From positions 1,612,001-1,676,000 of the forward strand of contig BCGN01000002.1 in NCBI GenBank assembly GCA_001599295.1: a stretch of 64,000 bases of DNA. The letters are read 5' to 3'. The number at the start of each line of letters is the position of its first letter. The stretch's first letter is position 1. Source of the stretch: Sporopachydermia quercuum. Taxonomy: Eukaryota. This document shows, piece after piece, positions 1 through 11,562 of the stretch. The position numbers were made by a program, and so were the translations under genes. The notes under the pieces are model-generated. The model ran no database searches, was not told the origin of the DNA, and saw only the letters and a list, made by a program, of their open reading frames with translations.

Positions 1-197
1 AGAAGAAGCGCAGGGAACTTAATAAAAAACTGACAACCGTTTATGGTTTACAAACAGAGAATACGCCTGGTGGCTATTTATTGCCGGACGTCGTGACCAG
101 CAGTAGCAATGAAAAGAAGAAATTTAAAACTAGTGACAACAAAACAACCCCATCCAGTAGTCATAAGACGAGTGGAAGGAAGGAACCTACTAAGTAA
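1..197 (+). CDS. 3' end of an unidentified protein-coding gene entering the window
   Basis: Open frame from base 3 (KKRRELNKKLTTVYGLQTENTPGGYLLPDVV...GRKEPTK) to TAA at 195-197, followed by AT-rich 3' sequence; convergent with ARG3. Confidence 0.55.
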   Translation, partial: KKRRELNKKLTTVYGLQTENTPGGYLLPDVVTSSSNEKKKFKTSDNKTTPSSSHKTSGRKEPTK

Positions 198-362
198 TTT
201 TATGATTTATGTACTAATTAAGATTGAGCTAGTCAATATTATAAAGATATATGAATGATTATATTAGCATCGTTCGTACTTTTTGGATCGAAATGATATT
301 GTTCTGATAGCAAGAATATCACTTAACACTCAAATAGGTTGCCAATAATTAGCATAACAAAA

Positions 363-1394
363 TTACTCAAGCTTTCCCTTTTTAATAACAAATCCTTCTA
401 AGGCAGCAATTGCAGCATACAATCTGTTTTCAGCTTCAGGGAATACTACAGATCTATCAGAGTAAAAAACTTCGTCGGCAACTTCTTCCTGATGTCTAGG
501 TAAACAATGCATGAAAATCCAGTTTTCATTTGCTCCACCTTTTTTAGCAAGATCATTCGTAATTCTGAAACCATCGAATTCTTTGACTTTTTGTTGAGTC
601 TCAGCCTCTTGACCCATAGATATCCAGGTGTCAGTAACTAAAATGTCAGCATTCTTAACAGCTTCCAGAGGATCGTGAGTAGTTTCAAATCTAGCATTTG
701 TCTTTTCGCCAATTTCCTTGGCAACAATTCCAATTTCTGAGTCAAAATTGTAGGCAGGAGGTGTAGCAACACTTACATTTATACCTGATTTTACACATGC
801 AATAGCCAAATCATTAATAACGTTATTGGCATCACCAATCCAAGCCAATTTCAATTTTCCATCAACTTGAGATTCTGGNTTTATTCCAAATGCTTCTTTT
901 ATAGTAAGTATATCGGTGATAGCTTGAAGTGGGTGATAATTATCACACAAAGCATTAATGACAGGAACAGATGATGATTCAGCTAATTCAGCAATCTCAG
1001 CATGTTTGCCAACTCGAGCAACAATACATGATACCATTGACGAAATCACACGGGACGTATCATAAAGAGTTTCATTGACACCAAGTTGAATATCGTCCTT
1101 ACCCAAAAACATAGGCAGTCCCCCAAAATATTGAACTGCACCTTCTGTAGAGACTCTGGTTCTAGTAGATCTTTTGGAAAAAATCAAAGCAACTGTCTTA
1201 GCTGCCAAGGATACCTTTGGTGCTACTGCATCTGATTTGATCAGTGCCTTATGCTTAGCTGCCGATGAAACAAGAGCAGCTAACTCAGACGAACTAAGAT
1301 CTTGTATCGACAGAAGATGTCGAGGTTTGGTCCCAGTAGATAGAAATCGGCGACTTATTGGTAGCGTCATCTTTGAACAATATCGAAAACTCAT
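363..1394 (-). CDS. ARG3: Ornithine carbamoyltransferase, probably mitochondrial
   Basis: STRTR carbamoyl-phosphate motif, HPLQ, DTWISMG and HCLP motifs; N-terminus is Arg/Ser-rich with no acidic residues, like a presequence. Confidence 0.97.
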   Translation of the reverse strand: MSFRYCSKMTLPISRRFLSTGTKPRHLLSIQDLSSSELAALVSSAAKHKALIKSDAVAPKVSLAAKTVALIFSKRSTRTRVSTEGAVQYFGGLPMFLGKDDIQLGVNETLYDTSRVISSMVSCIVARVGKHAEIAELAESSSVPVINALCDNYHPLQAITDILTIKEAFGIXPESQVDGKLKLAWIGDANNVINDLAIACVKSGINVSVATPPAYNFDSEIGIVAKEIGEKTNARFETTHDPLEAVKNADILVTDTWISMGQEAETQQKVKEFDGFRITNDLAKKGGANENWIFMHCLPRHQEEVADEVFYSDRSVVFPEAENRLYAAIAALEGFVIKKGKLE

Positions 1395-1821
1395 TATCGA
1401 GAATGTTGGCTAGACGTAAAAAAAAGCTTCCCTGAATTACTCTGATACAAATTTCTTATATGCTACGTGATAAATAAAGTATTAGAAAGTACATACTCTT
1501 CTTAAATAATAAGAAGAATAGGGGGAGCTTTTTACAACTCGGTGCCTGAATCGCTTCCGACACCCAATTTAGTCCCCAGGCAAAGAAGATCATTATTAAC
1601 TTTCACTTTTCAATCTATCAATTGGAGAAGAGCTGTGATTGTTTCTCACATTATTGTTGTCCGGATATATGTCCTATCTGTTAGGAGTCCTTGCGTACTT
1701 CAAGTATATTTGTATACCAGTAACCAGACCGTTAGTAAGTTTCATCGTACCGGTTCATGGACAGTAGTTCGGTTTCTTGTTCGCGAAACAGCGTTACGCT
1801 TCCTCCACCTAAAGAAAGCCG

Positions 1822-1830
1822 ATGAGTCAT
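1822..1830. promoter_or_regulatory. Gcn4/CpcA (AP-1 type) binding site upstream of ARG3
   Basis: Perfect ATGAGTCAT about 430 bp upstream of the ARG3 start; ARG genes are classic general-control targets. Confidence 0.7.
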
Positions 1831-2746
1831 TATAGGAACGATAGTTTGTCGCTAATACTATAATTATTTGATTGCGGTATATATGAGAGGACATTCGACA
1901 TATCTTCCGTATTAAAGTTCCATAAATTTACTGAAATTTCAGTTACTCAAATGCTGTGAAGCTGTTGAGTTTCAAAAGCCGAAACGGAATCAGCACAATA
2001 AAGATACACAATTAGTCCATAAAGTATATGATTATACTTGATATCTATTGCAGTCAAGAAGACATGAGAATTCAATAAGTTAAGATACATAATGGCTGGC
2101 ACTGTCTAGTTTTAAACCTATCTTGTCTTTGTAAAATAGTTTTTCGTTCATCCTTGCAACTCAGTACCAATTTCACACCGTGAAACACCTTTTGTGGTTT
2201 GGTCATTGAGCACAGAGGACCTCAATTTGCAGCAAAAGCAAAATGAATAGAACAAATAATAAACAGCCGCTCCTATATTCCTCCCTTTTTCTTTTCTTTT
2301 TTATTGTATGTTAATATTCATTCAACATCAATAACAAAACAGAGTTACGAAGGTTACAGTATAGTACTAAACAAGAGTGTTTATGATATTAGTTCTTGAC
2401 TTATAATAAATTAAAGAATAACCATTTTTAATGTATCNTTATCCTGTTGTGATTAAGTTGCCGAATACAGTTGTCAATAATGAACGACTGAGATGAAACT
2501 AATGCGACAGGGTAAAGATACAAGAACTGAAGTAAACCAAAAAAAAAAAGACAATAAGCAATAAGCAAAAAGGAAAAGAAAAAAAATTATAGTTAAAATA
2601 AACAAACAAATGATAAAGACACCAAACGAATGAACGAACGAAGTGAATGAAGAAATAAATCAAGAAATCCTACCAACTGGAATCGGATATCAGTATGACT
2701 AGAAACTGCAAGTTGGTCTCGGTCAATAGCTATCAATCTATTCTAC

Positions 2747-3889
2747 TTACAAAATAGCTAGACCAATAGCCAGAGCAGGAATCAAAAGTTGGACATTCAT
2801 ACCGTTTGCGGAGTCCCCACCATTACTAGGGGGAATTGTATGGTTGGTAGGGGTAGAGTGATTATACTTGACACTGGTTTTGATAGTATAAGGGACGGAT
2901 GATGTGGTCGTGACAGGGGGTGTTAGGTGAGTGACTGAATCAGTTTTGGTCTTAGTGACTAAAGTGGTGTTATACGAAGTAGTTGATTCACAATCTTCAT
3001 CATAGTCTTTTTTATCTTCGTCGCACTCTTCATCGTAGTCCTTTACATCCTTTTCCCAATCTTTCTCGTTCCAATTAGTTGAATTAGCATAGCCTCTCTT
3101 AGACAAGTTCAAAGATTTAGAAACTGCGGAGTCTTCGCAATCTTCATCTTCCTCGGTTGGGTCTTCTTCTTCACAGTCCTCCTCCTCCTCGGGGTCTTCC
3201 TTTCCAAACTTGCCCTTCAATTTGTCTTTAAAAGCTTGTTTCTTATCTGTAAGCTTGTCTTTCAAGGCCTGTTTCTTGTCTGCGAGTTTGTCTTTGAGAG
3301 CTTGTTTCTTTTCCTTCAATTTTTCTTTCTTGGAAGGTTCTTCCTCTTCGCAATCTTCATCTTCTTCAACTGGGTCTTCTTCTTCACAGTCTTCTTCCTC
3401 TCGTTCCCCTTTTCCAAGTTTTTCTTTAAGGGATCCGAGGTCTCTTTTTCCAATAGTAGGCTTCTCGTTTCTCACAAGGAGCATGGAAACATTAATTGAA
3501 TCTGACTTGCATTTACCTTGCTGTAAGTAAAAAGCATCAGTTAGAGGGTCTCGACAGGCAACCAATTGGTTTTCGGTAGCTGACACTATTTTGTTTCCCT
3601 GAACCAAAACAGGATAGTTACCATATGGCGTGGTAACAATACGACCATTATTTGTCAAAGATAATTGACCGTTGGGAGTAACAACAATTCCATTATCATT
3701 AACATTTGCAGCAATAGTATCTTCTCCTTCTTCTCCAATTGCTAATCCAAAAGCGGTGTCTTTGATTGATTGAGTAGTTCTGATAGCAGGGTGATCCAAT
3801 ACAGCTTTCAACTGAAACTCACGTTGAGATTCAGCTTCAGCCATAGCCGCTGATAACATACCCAGCGTTGCAAGAGTTTGGTACTTCAT
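2747..3889 (-). CDS. Secreted, probably GPI-anchored cell-wall protein with Kex2 sites and acidic/basic repeats
   Basis: Signal peptide MKYQTLATLGMLSAAMA; KR sites (IGKR, LSKR); EEDCEEEDP and KKQALKDKL repeats; S/T-rich stalk; hydrophobic C-terminus after small residues (SNGGDSANG...LLIPALAIGLAIL). Confidence 0.85.
   Translation of the reverse strand: MKYQTLATLGMLSAAMAEAESQREFQLKAVLDHPAIRTTQSIKDTAFGLAIGEEGEDTIAANVNDNGIVVTPNGQLSLTNNGRIVTTPYGNYPVLVQGNKIVSATENQLVACRDPLTDAFYLQQGKCKSDSINVSMLLVRNEKPTIGKRDLGSLKEKLGKGEREEEDCEEEDPVEEDEDCEEEEPSKKEKLKEKKQALKDKLADKKQALKDKLTDKKQAFKDKLKGKFGKEDPEEEEDCEEEDPTEEDEDCEDSAVSKSLNLSKRGYANSTNWNEKDWEKDVKDYDEECDEDKKDYDEDCESTTSYNTTLVTKTKTDSVTHLTPPVTTTSSVPYTIKTSVKYNHSTPTNHTIPPSNGGDSANGMNVQLLIPALAIGLAIL
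3218..3325 (-). repeat. Coding 33-bp tandem repeat (about 3 copies) encoding KKQA(L/F)KDKLxx
   Basis: Visible in both DNA and protein; flanked by two copies of a duplicated acidic Cys-containing block. Confidence 0.85.
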
Positions 3890-5338
3890 CTTGTTGTTGA
3901 ATATTGTTTCGTCTATCTAGTTTTAATTTCTAAAAGCTTTACAATATCTGGTGTTGTAAATCGATGAAATAGAGTCTACAAATCAGCAGGTTGTCTGCTC
4001 AATTACTATCGATAGGGAATCAAAGCCGGCTTATATAGCCACAACCTCAATTTCCGCATTATCCCTTGTTGATGATATTTGGTATACTCATCAAGGAAAA
4101 CTGGATGGCACAGTCCAACAAGGTAAGTATAGCATCGAATGCAAGTCAATGTAAGATCGTAAATACTCTTCCGGAAGTTTGAAGAATCATAAGCAATTGC
4201 ACTGGTTATATCAATCTGATATTAATAATACTAGACTGAGTGGTTTCACAAGTAATTGATTAGGTGGGATTTATAACAAGATGTGTACTCGAAATTTCTT
4301 TAGGTTCATCAGTGCAGTTGCAATTACCATTTCCTACCACTGAGGAGGAAGTGCCTAAGATACAGTTCGCATTGTTCCATTGTTCTTTCACCACAACTTT
4401 ATCTATTTCTGAATCTTCGTATATTCAAGAACTGTCATTTCATCGGTAAGGTGTGTTTCTATGGATTTTTCACTTCAGGAAAGTCGAGTTTCCGATGNTG
4501 GAGTTGGCATCCACTCTTGATTTTCGAACATGTTGACGTCTGGGCTGCAATTCAAAATAAAAAGGATGTAAGTGCCTTTATGGTTCATGTGTTTTCATCA
4601 TGTATTATGTGTTTAGCGGTAGGACCCTTTTCTTTACAGAGCTTTACCCTGAAAATAACTGCTGTTCACCATGAATCAACAAGGCTATCTTTTCGAGATT
4701 GTTTAATACATATGAAAGTGATATATGGAGCACTACTTCTATCTATATAAGATGAACATGTATCAAGTCTCTCTTTCATGAAACACCAGTCAGNTTTCTT
4801 AGGCAACTAACACATTATCTAGGAGTTTCCTTAAAATCAATCCTGGAACTCTGATTAACAAATGACATAGACAATAAGTTTGATGCAATTGTGTTTATGG
4901 GAATATCAATCGATTCCACAAGCCTTACAACGGAAGTCTACCTCAGGTGAATAGCTTTCTTCAAATTTGTATAAAATAAGCTTCGAGGTATAAATCATGT
5001 TCAATGCAAACTTTATTCAGATAATGTATACTTTTGAGAGAATATCGTAGAGACCTTGAAAAAGAAAAAAAATATAGAACATACAGCTTAAAATCCGGCG
5101 GAAGTTACACTTACCGAATTACAACGATTAATGGGTTTTTTTAGTTGTAAGATTTTGAATTGCTCGTGTTGTATTCGATAATTGCAAAACAAACAGACTT
5201 CTATCTTGTACACAATTTTGTCCATTTCCCCTGACTTTCAATCCATCATTCAATAAGGCCCGATCTCGATACAATACTACGGAGTTAATCTTAATATAAA
5301 GTGATTAATGTTTTATTTAGATGTTAATTCGATTCCAT

Positions 5339-6105
5339 TTAAGCAATCAATTCGACAACACCACCAGCAGCCTTAATCTTTTCTTCAGCTAACTTGGAAA
5401 CAAATCTAGCCTTAACAATAACAGGAACTTGAGGTAATCTTCCTTTACCCAAAACCTTACCGTAGCCAGCAGCCAAAGTATCAATGACAGGGGCAGCTTC
5501 AGAAGAAGCAGCAGACAAGTACTTATCTCTGGATTCAGTAGGAACAAGAGTCCATAGTTTATCAAGGTTGATAACTGGTTTCCAAAAATGAGCTTGCTGC
5601 TTATGAAAGTATCTCATACCAACCTTACCAAAGTAACCAGGATGGTATTTATCCAAGTTAGTTCTGTGATGGTGTTGACCACCAGCCATACCTCTACCAC
5701 CAGGATTCTTTCTGTGCTTTCCGATACGACCGTAACCGGCTAGGAAAAGTTAGTGTACTATTCAAAAATAAGTTTAATGAAAACTGACAAACAATCTACA
5801 AAGCGGAGTCTCAAGCAATATATATTCATCTCCGTCTCAAGACGCCCATATGTTGTGCCGACATTTCTATGATCATACAATAAGATAAATTCTGATAAGT
5901 TGCAATTCAAACAATCTGATCAATCTCCAACTATTGTGAACAAACAATTCATCTAATGCAATTAAAAACTCCAAAGATCGTTATTGCTTCAATAGTAATA
6001 TACTTCTCACTCGTTATCTTGATTGCTTTGACATAAAACAAGAATCGTTAACATACCGGTTACGTGGCCTCTGTGTTTTCTTGTCTTTGTTAATCTGGTA
6101 GGCAT
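5339..6105 (-). CDS. RPL28: 60S ribosomal protein uL15 (L28/L27a); exons 6057-6105 and 5339-5739
   Basis: Spliced product [42 protein letters not shown]...; intron 5740-6056 GTATGT...CACTAAC...TAG, phase 1. Confidence 0.97.
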
Positions 6106-6257
6106 TTTTGATATTATCTATTAGCTGTCAATTCGTTACTGAATAAAACAATACCGTCTCGAAATAGATAATAATAAATTCACTCTATATGTGAACAACT
6201 ATGCAATGTACTTGGTAATTATGAGAGTGTCTACAGCAGATAGTAGAAACGAGCTCT

Positions 6258-6269
6258 AACCTGAGTCCT
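6258..6269 (-). promoter_or_regulatory. Candidate RP-promoter motif AGGACTCAGGTT (RPL28)
   Basis: Identical 12-mer upstream of RPS14 and 8-mer core upstream of RPL39, at similar distance and in the same orientation. Confidence 0.55.
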
Positions 6270-6889
6270 CACAAGCTGGAGAATTGCCCAGGCATACAAT
6301 GAATAATTTTGCGTGGGTACACCAAGATTTCATAGTCGAGCTTCGATAGAGAATTCTATATGAAACATATGAGCACGGACAGAGATATACAGAATTCTGC
6401 CCAAGCAAATAAACACTAAATGCATCCTGTGATAACCACGTGATGATTAGGTCATATTTTAACTTTACAACGCTCTTTGATCTTTGATCTTTGAATAGTA
6501 CGTAGGATATGAAGAAAGCTGCTTATTGATATCACTTTGATTTTTCAATCACGGTAGAAAATTAGAGAATTTTACAGAGATCAATCATATTTACCTATGT
6601 ATTGCATTCATGCCCGTCTGTGCATCGTACTGATGTATGCTCAATAGGGAACAGTTTCAAAGACAGTTGGTGTGGAAGGCGAATAGGAAATTACTGGTAC
6701 TCAACTGTTTTGGCATCAACCATGAATAACCCGATTACATGACACTATAAAGTGGACTTTCTCATTCAAATTCATGTGGTGTACTAGTGATTGTGATTAA
6801 ATTGAACTCAATCTTTATTATTACTCTAGGATAAAAAATAGAGATATACTTTAATATTACAGACAACTAAATCCTCAAATCCCCACTCA

Positions 6890-7584
6890 TTATATTTCCT
6901 GGTAACGTTGCATTAATAATCGCTTATACTCGGTTGGATTTTCATCCCAAAGTTGGGCAGCCCTTAATATTTGTAGTTAGTACAGTACTTTTTAGCCAGA
7001 AAATTACTTAACTGTATCAAAGCGCAATAACATACTGTGCGTTCAACGGACTACTGTTATTCGGTTCATTTAGTAGCGATTGCAATGAAAGTAAAATTGT
7101 TTGCACGTTATAAATTGCCGACCACTTTTCCTTGAGAATATCCAAACAGATATTTCCTGCCATGTCAACATTCGGGTGGTACATCGGAGAAACAAACTTG
7201 ATCGTTGGTGCAGCATATGGGTAGTTTTGGGGGAAAGTTAAGGAAATTTTGAATGTTAATCCTTCGTAGTACGTTCCTTCAGGACCAGCTATGGTTCCTG
7301 CCCATTGAAGCATGTCAGCGTCAGATTCAGGAAATGCACTAATACCTGGAGTTGTAGACATCTATTCAATTAATGCTGTTAGTATTACCCTCAGAGGAAC
7401 AGGAAATTGTTTAGAACGAGTGGCCTATTCCTTGACGTTGCAGAGACAAACTGATACTTACCATTAATTGTAAAAGCTCACTTTGTAATCTTTTTGTGAC
7501 AGAATGATTGTCAGTAGCTGGTGTTGAAGCACCTGAAAGCTTAGAACTATTAATCATAGCTGGATTGGCGTTTTGAGCATCCAT
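6890..7584 (-). CDS. UBC11: Ubiquitin-conjugating enzyme E2-C (UbcH10 type); exons 7462-7584, 7036-7361, 6890-6962
   Basis: [15 protein letters not shown] and [15 protein letters not shown] active-site motif; introns 7362-7461 (GTAAGT/TACTAAC/TAG) and 6963-7035 (GTATGT/TACTAAC/AAG) restore the C-terminus [19 protein letters not shown]. Confidence 0.93.
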
Positions 7585-9696
7585 TTTAATTTCAGAAGAA
7601 AGGTCTCGAAAATAGACTAACGAAAAAACCGATGAATATATAAAATCTTAAAACAATGTTGTTATTTTCTCCTTATTAACTGTATTGATGTATTTGAGAT
7701 TCTTCAACTGTTGTAAATAAATGTTAGGATGGTTACCTCAGATTAGTTATGAACGAGGCTTACAATTTAGGTCAGGCCGAACCAGTGTCATATTTCTACT
7801 TACTGAATAAACGCCACTGCTATGTTAATGACTCTGAATCAATAGTAGACTGTTGGTAAAATTTATTAATTATTCTTTTATAATCTGATAATCAAACTGC
7901 TTTCTCTGATGATTATACCACAAATCGGGGAAGTAAATAATTATGTCAGTTTAGTTGTTATAAACCATTAACAAACGCGAAATATTTCTTAAATTGCTAT
8001 TTTACTCAAATATAGTATTGTTTATTCTGAACAATTCTTTCATTAGATTATGAAAAAGAAAGAAAAAGAATATAAATGAGAACAAGAATGCAGATATTGG
8101 ATTGGAGAGAGGGAGGAATGAAATGATTACTGTCAACGGAATTGAAGAAATTTAGTTCACACGCTCTTTTTGTCTTACAGTGTGATGTTTACCAGTTACT
8201 AATAATTAACTACTACTTTTAGATATTGTCTACATATTGAATTCGTATTCCGTTTTAAGACAGCTACATCAGACATCGATTGCTTATAACTATGAAAGTA
8301 CATAAATATACATGAATAGATATAACTCTAGATATCCATATATTTTTTCTACTTCATCTCTTTTTCAATTCCCAGCCCTATTTATATCTATAGTCATTGT
8401 GAAGAAATGCTTAGCTTCTTGCTCCCTGATAAGTATAAAAGCTGACCAGTTTTACAGCTTCAGATTTCCCTTCAACTGTAAATGAAAATTCTTATCAGGG
8501 ATATATAGCTTTATAGTGGGATCAGTACACTGTTCTCCAAGTCAATTGCTTACATTGATTATGCACAACATACGGTAGTCCAGTATTCTCACCTATTATC
8601 ATAGGATTGAGGGATAGTTTCAACTATATCTTTTGATATCAGAACTCCCTTTATACTTTTGAACTATCATCTGGGAGCAATACTCTGTAATTAAGCGAAC
8701 GAATATGTTCTGTATTATTAATCAAGCAGCCAACAATTCTGTAGTTTCCCTTCCGATGCATGAAGGATAGTTAACATCGGTACTATAAATTGATAATTAA
8801 TTGGAGGTTGCACACAGCTTCTTCAATAGAGTTTGATTTGTAGTTGATTTTTTCTTAATTAGGAATACTAATATCACTCCTTGTTTGGAAGTGGGTAAAC
8901 AGCAAACAGATAGATCACATGTACACGATCTCCTATCTCTTGTCAATGAATATTCTTTTGAAAAGACATATTTATCTGAGTGCTCGAAAGCGAAGATATC
9001 TCAATTATTGGAATCCTCTAGCTGGAAGTGTTTGAGAAGTCGAGCTGACTCCGGCAATTCCCTTCATACGATTTCCCCATCGCAGCGCGCACCTCGTAGA
9101 ATTTTCGTTTAGTCAGGCTGTGCATGCTGGCGGTTAGGTGTTGATCTCGAGCTCTTCAGAATGTAAGATTGGCTCATCTTTTAACATAAATGAATAGACT
9201 TCAAATATCCAAACTTCAAATAGCTCTTTCAAAAAGAAAGAAATCTTAGAATTTACCTAGCTCATCCCATTATTATCAGAACTACATTGTTCCTGGCTGC
9301 TTATCACACATTAGATTTCGAATCTTCCATCAATATTCATAGAAACAAAATACTGATTAATTGATTATGTCATCCGCAACTAAACATCTATCACACTATT
9401 CAATGGACATTGAATAACTTAATCTACCTGTACAATTTTTTTCTTTTTCAGATCACTTTAATTGCCATTGGATTGAAGAGAAATGCTATGTCGTGGGAAA
9501 AGATGAATAGTTTTTGTATATGTATTAGCCTAAAGAGTTTCAATTTACTATTCTGAGTTTTCCTCTAACTATTTGTTCTAATTGAATTACCTGGGTCCTG
9601 TTATAGGATGTTCTTCATGAGTTGCAGATAATATTCTGTCAAATTTGACTCTGATAGACAACTAGATGGCATATTTTGAGGTTCAGGTAAATAATA

Positions 9697-11562
9697 ATGA
9701 GTGGAAGTGATAAATTGAAACAGAATGCTCCGAAAAGAAAAGTGAGTCAGTCAGCTTCAGAAGGGGGTGGAAATGCAAGGGCTAAGAGGAGTCGACTAAA
9801 TTCTTCACCACCAGGACCATCTTCATCATCTCTAGAAGCAGAGAATATACCTTTAGCTCAAGTTGAAGCTGTTAAAGAAAATGGCCTTTCCAAAAATTTT
9901 GGACTAACAATATCTACTTTGGAGTCAGTAGAGTATTATGTATCGCAGTTAACCAATGCAGTGGAAAATATCATACAATTTGCACCCACACAAGAAGTGA
10001 ATGATAGGATTCTGAATTCTGAATCTTCAAACTCAACGGAACTGATTCAAACACTGTCTAGAAAGAAAGTTCAATTGGCAGTATTGTTGAAGAATGTCCA
10101 CACAAAAGGTCATTTGAAACTTTTTGATCAACTACTGGAGTTTACAAAAGCTCAAGATTTGCAGAAACTATCCAATTTGAGTGATAAGGAGAATGAAATA
10201 AAGAAACCATCAACTATAGCGATAGTAAAAGCACAGACAGGTGTGAAGAATTATGATCCTGGACTTGGATCATTCCCTTCATTACCAGAGATTAATAATA
10301 AGGCATTAGAGTTTCAAGTGTTCAGTCATAAGTCCCGGATGAACGATAAGGACTATCTAACAGATGAAGAACGAATATCTGGTAGCAACGAACGGTTGGA
10401 ATTCTTAGGAGATTCAATTCTTGGTACGGTGGTGACAGAAACACTATTTGACAAATTTCCTTACGCTAGAGAAGGAGCATTGACAAAGTTACGATCGAAA
10501 TGTGTTTGTAATGATACTCTAAGAAAATGGGCTGAAGCTTATGAGTTTCCCTCTCGTATTTTATTTGACGATAAAAAAATACAAGCATTGAGAGTTAAGA
10601 CGAAAGATACTGACAAACCTGAGAAAGAAAGTTCAACAGTATTAGAAGAAGTCGCTGCAGGAAAAGGGAAAATTTTTGCTGATGTGTTGGAGGCATATAT
10701 AGCAGCCGTCGTGCTTGATTCTGAGAATGGAAGACAGGTGGCTACTAAGTGGATTCAAGCTTTGATTAAACCACTTATAGATAAGGCAGAGTGTACGCTG
10801 AAAAACGAAAGGCTCAACGAAAATGCCAAGAACGTTTTATACTCTAAAGTGGGATCAGCGCAAACTCCCATTGAATATTTACGCGTACGAAAAGGTGACG
10901 GTCAAAAAATTGATTATGTTGTGCATGCTCGTATAAATGGTACTGTCGTAGGTAAAGGTAGGGGAAAAAGTGAAAAAGATGCAAAGACACGGGCTGCCAT
11001 GGATGCTTTAGCAAATGAAGAGCTGATTGAACAGTTTGCATCAATAAGGAGAGAAAAGCCAAGATCAGAAACAATGATTAAAGAGGAAGAGAGACAAGAA
11101 ACTGTGACATCAGTGATCAAATACCCTTTAGTTCAGAATGATGGTGATAATAATGGTTACGTAGAGAAACCTCTATCTTCCCCGAAATCTGAAGTAGTTG
11201 CACCTATAAGAAGGAATGCTGTTCTACTGGATTCTCTAACCGATAGTTTAGCTGATAAAAAGTTTTCTGAATTTTTTGCGAAAACGGTGATTCAAGATAT
11301 GCCTGATGAAGAAGTCTCTCCTGATGCCAAACAACGACTAGTACAAGAATGTAACAATAAACCTTTAGGACGACCTATCTATAAACATGTGGCGATTCAT
11401 GAGACTATTCCTTATCCGGAATTTGAAGCAAATGTATATCTAAAAGGAGTTTTAGTCGGGAAAGGAGTAGGTAGAAGTAAAAGAGCTGCCGAAAGAAAAG
11501 CCGCTGAGATCGCTTTGAAAGGTATCAAGCTTTTTTATGGTACAGATAAAAAAGGACAATAA
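9697..11562 (+). CDS. DCR1: RNase III of the Rnt1/budding-yeast Dicer (Dcr1) family with two dsRBDs
   Basis: One RNase III domain (NERLEFLGD, KIFADVLEA) and two dsRBDs (GKGRGKSEKDAKTRAAMDAL; GKGVGRSKRAAERKAAEIAL); no helicase or PAZ domain seen. DCR1 versus RNT1 naming is uncertain. Confidence 0.85.
   Translation: MSGSDKLKQNAPKRKVSQSASEGGGNARAKRSRLNSSPPGPSSSSLEAENIPLAQVEAVKENGLSKNFGLTISTLESVEYYVSQLTNAVENIIQFAPTQEVNDRILNSESSNSTELIQTLSRKKVQLAVLLKNVHTKGHLKLFDQLLEFTKAQDLQKLSNLSDKENEIKKPSTIAIVKAQTGVKNYDPGLGSFPSLPEINNKALEFQVFSHKSRMNDKDYLTDEERISGSNERLEFLGDSILGTVVTETLFDKFPYAREGALTKLRSKCVCNDTLRKWAEAYEFPSRILFDDKKIQALRVKTKDTDKPEKESSTVLEEVAAGKGKIFADVLEAYIAAVVLDSENGRQVATKWIQALIKPLIDKAECTLKNERLNENAKNVLYSKVGSAQTPIEYLRVRKGDGQKIDYVVHARINGTVVGKGRGKSEKDAKTRAAMDALANEELIEQFASIRREKPRSETMIKEEERQETVTSVIKYPLVQNDGDNNGYVEKPLSSPKSEVVAPIRRNAVLLDSLTDSLADKKFSEFFAKTVIQDMPDEEVSPDAKQRLVQECNNKPLGRPIYKHVAIHETIPYPEFEANVYLKGVLVGKGVGRSKRAAERKAAEIALKGIKLFYGTDKKGQ

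Noticed and set aside
1542..1835. 97-aa ORF, and similar short intergenic ORFs (4264, 4451, 8885, 15403, 19989, 43904, 46600, 55248, 58134)
   Set aside because: Many start at GTG/TTG; no motifs and no splice signals linking them to anything.
3210..3530. Plus-strand Ser-rich and Phe-rich ORFs, and similar short ORFs overlapping ISW2, the BTB gene, MPE1, NUP120, BCD1, RRF1 and BNI4
   Set aside because: Antisense or alternative-frame shadows of well-supported genes.
8990..9170. GC-richer stretch upstream of the RNase III gene considered as RNase P/MRP RNA or a transposon relic
   Set aside because: No convincing P4 (CR-I/CR-V) motifs, terminal repeats or transposon-like translation.
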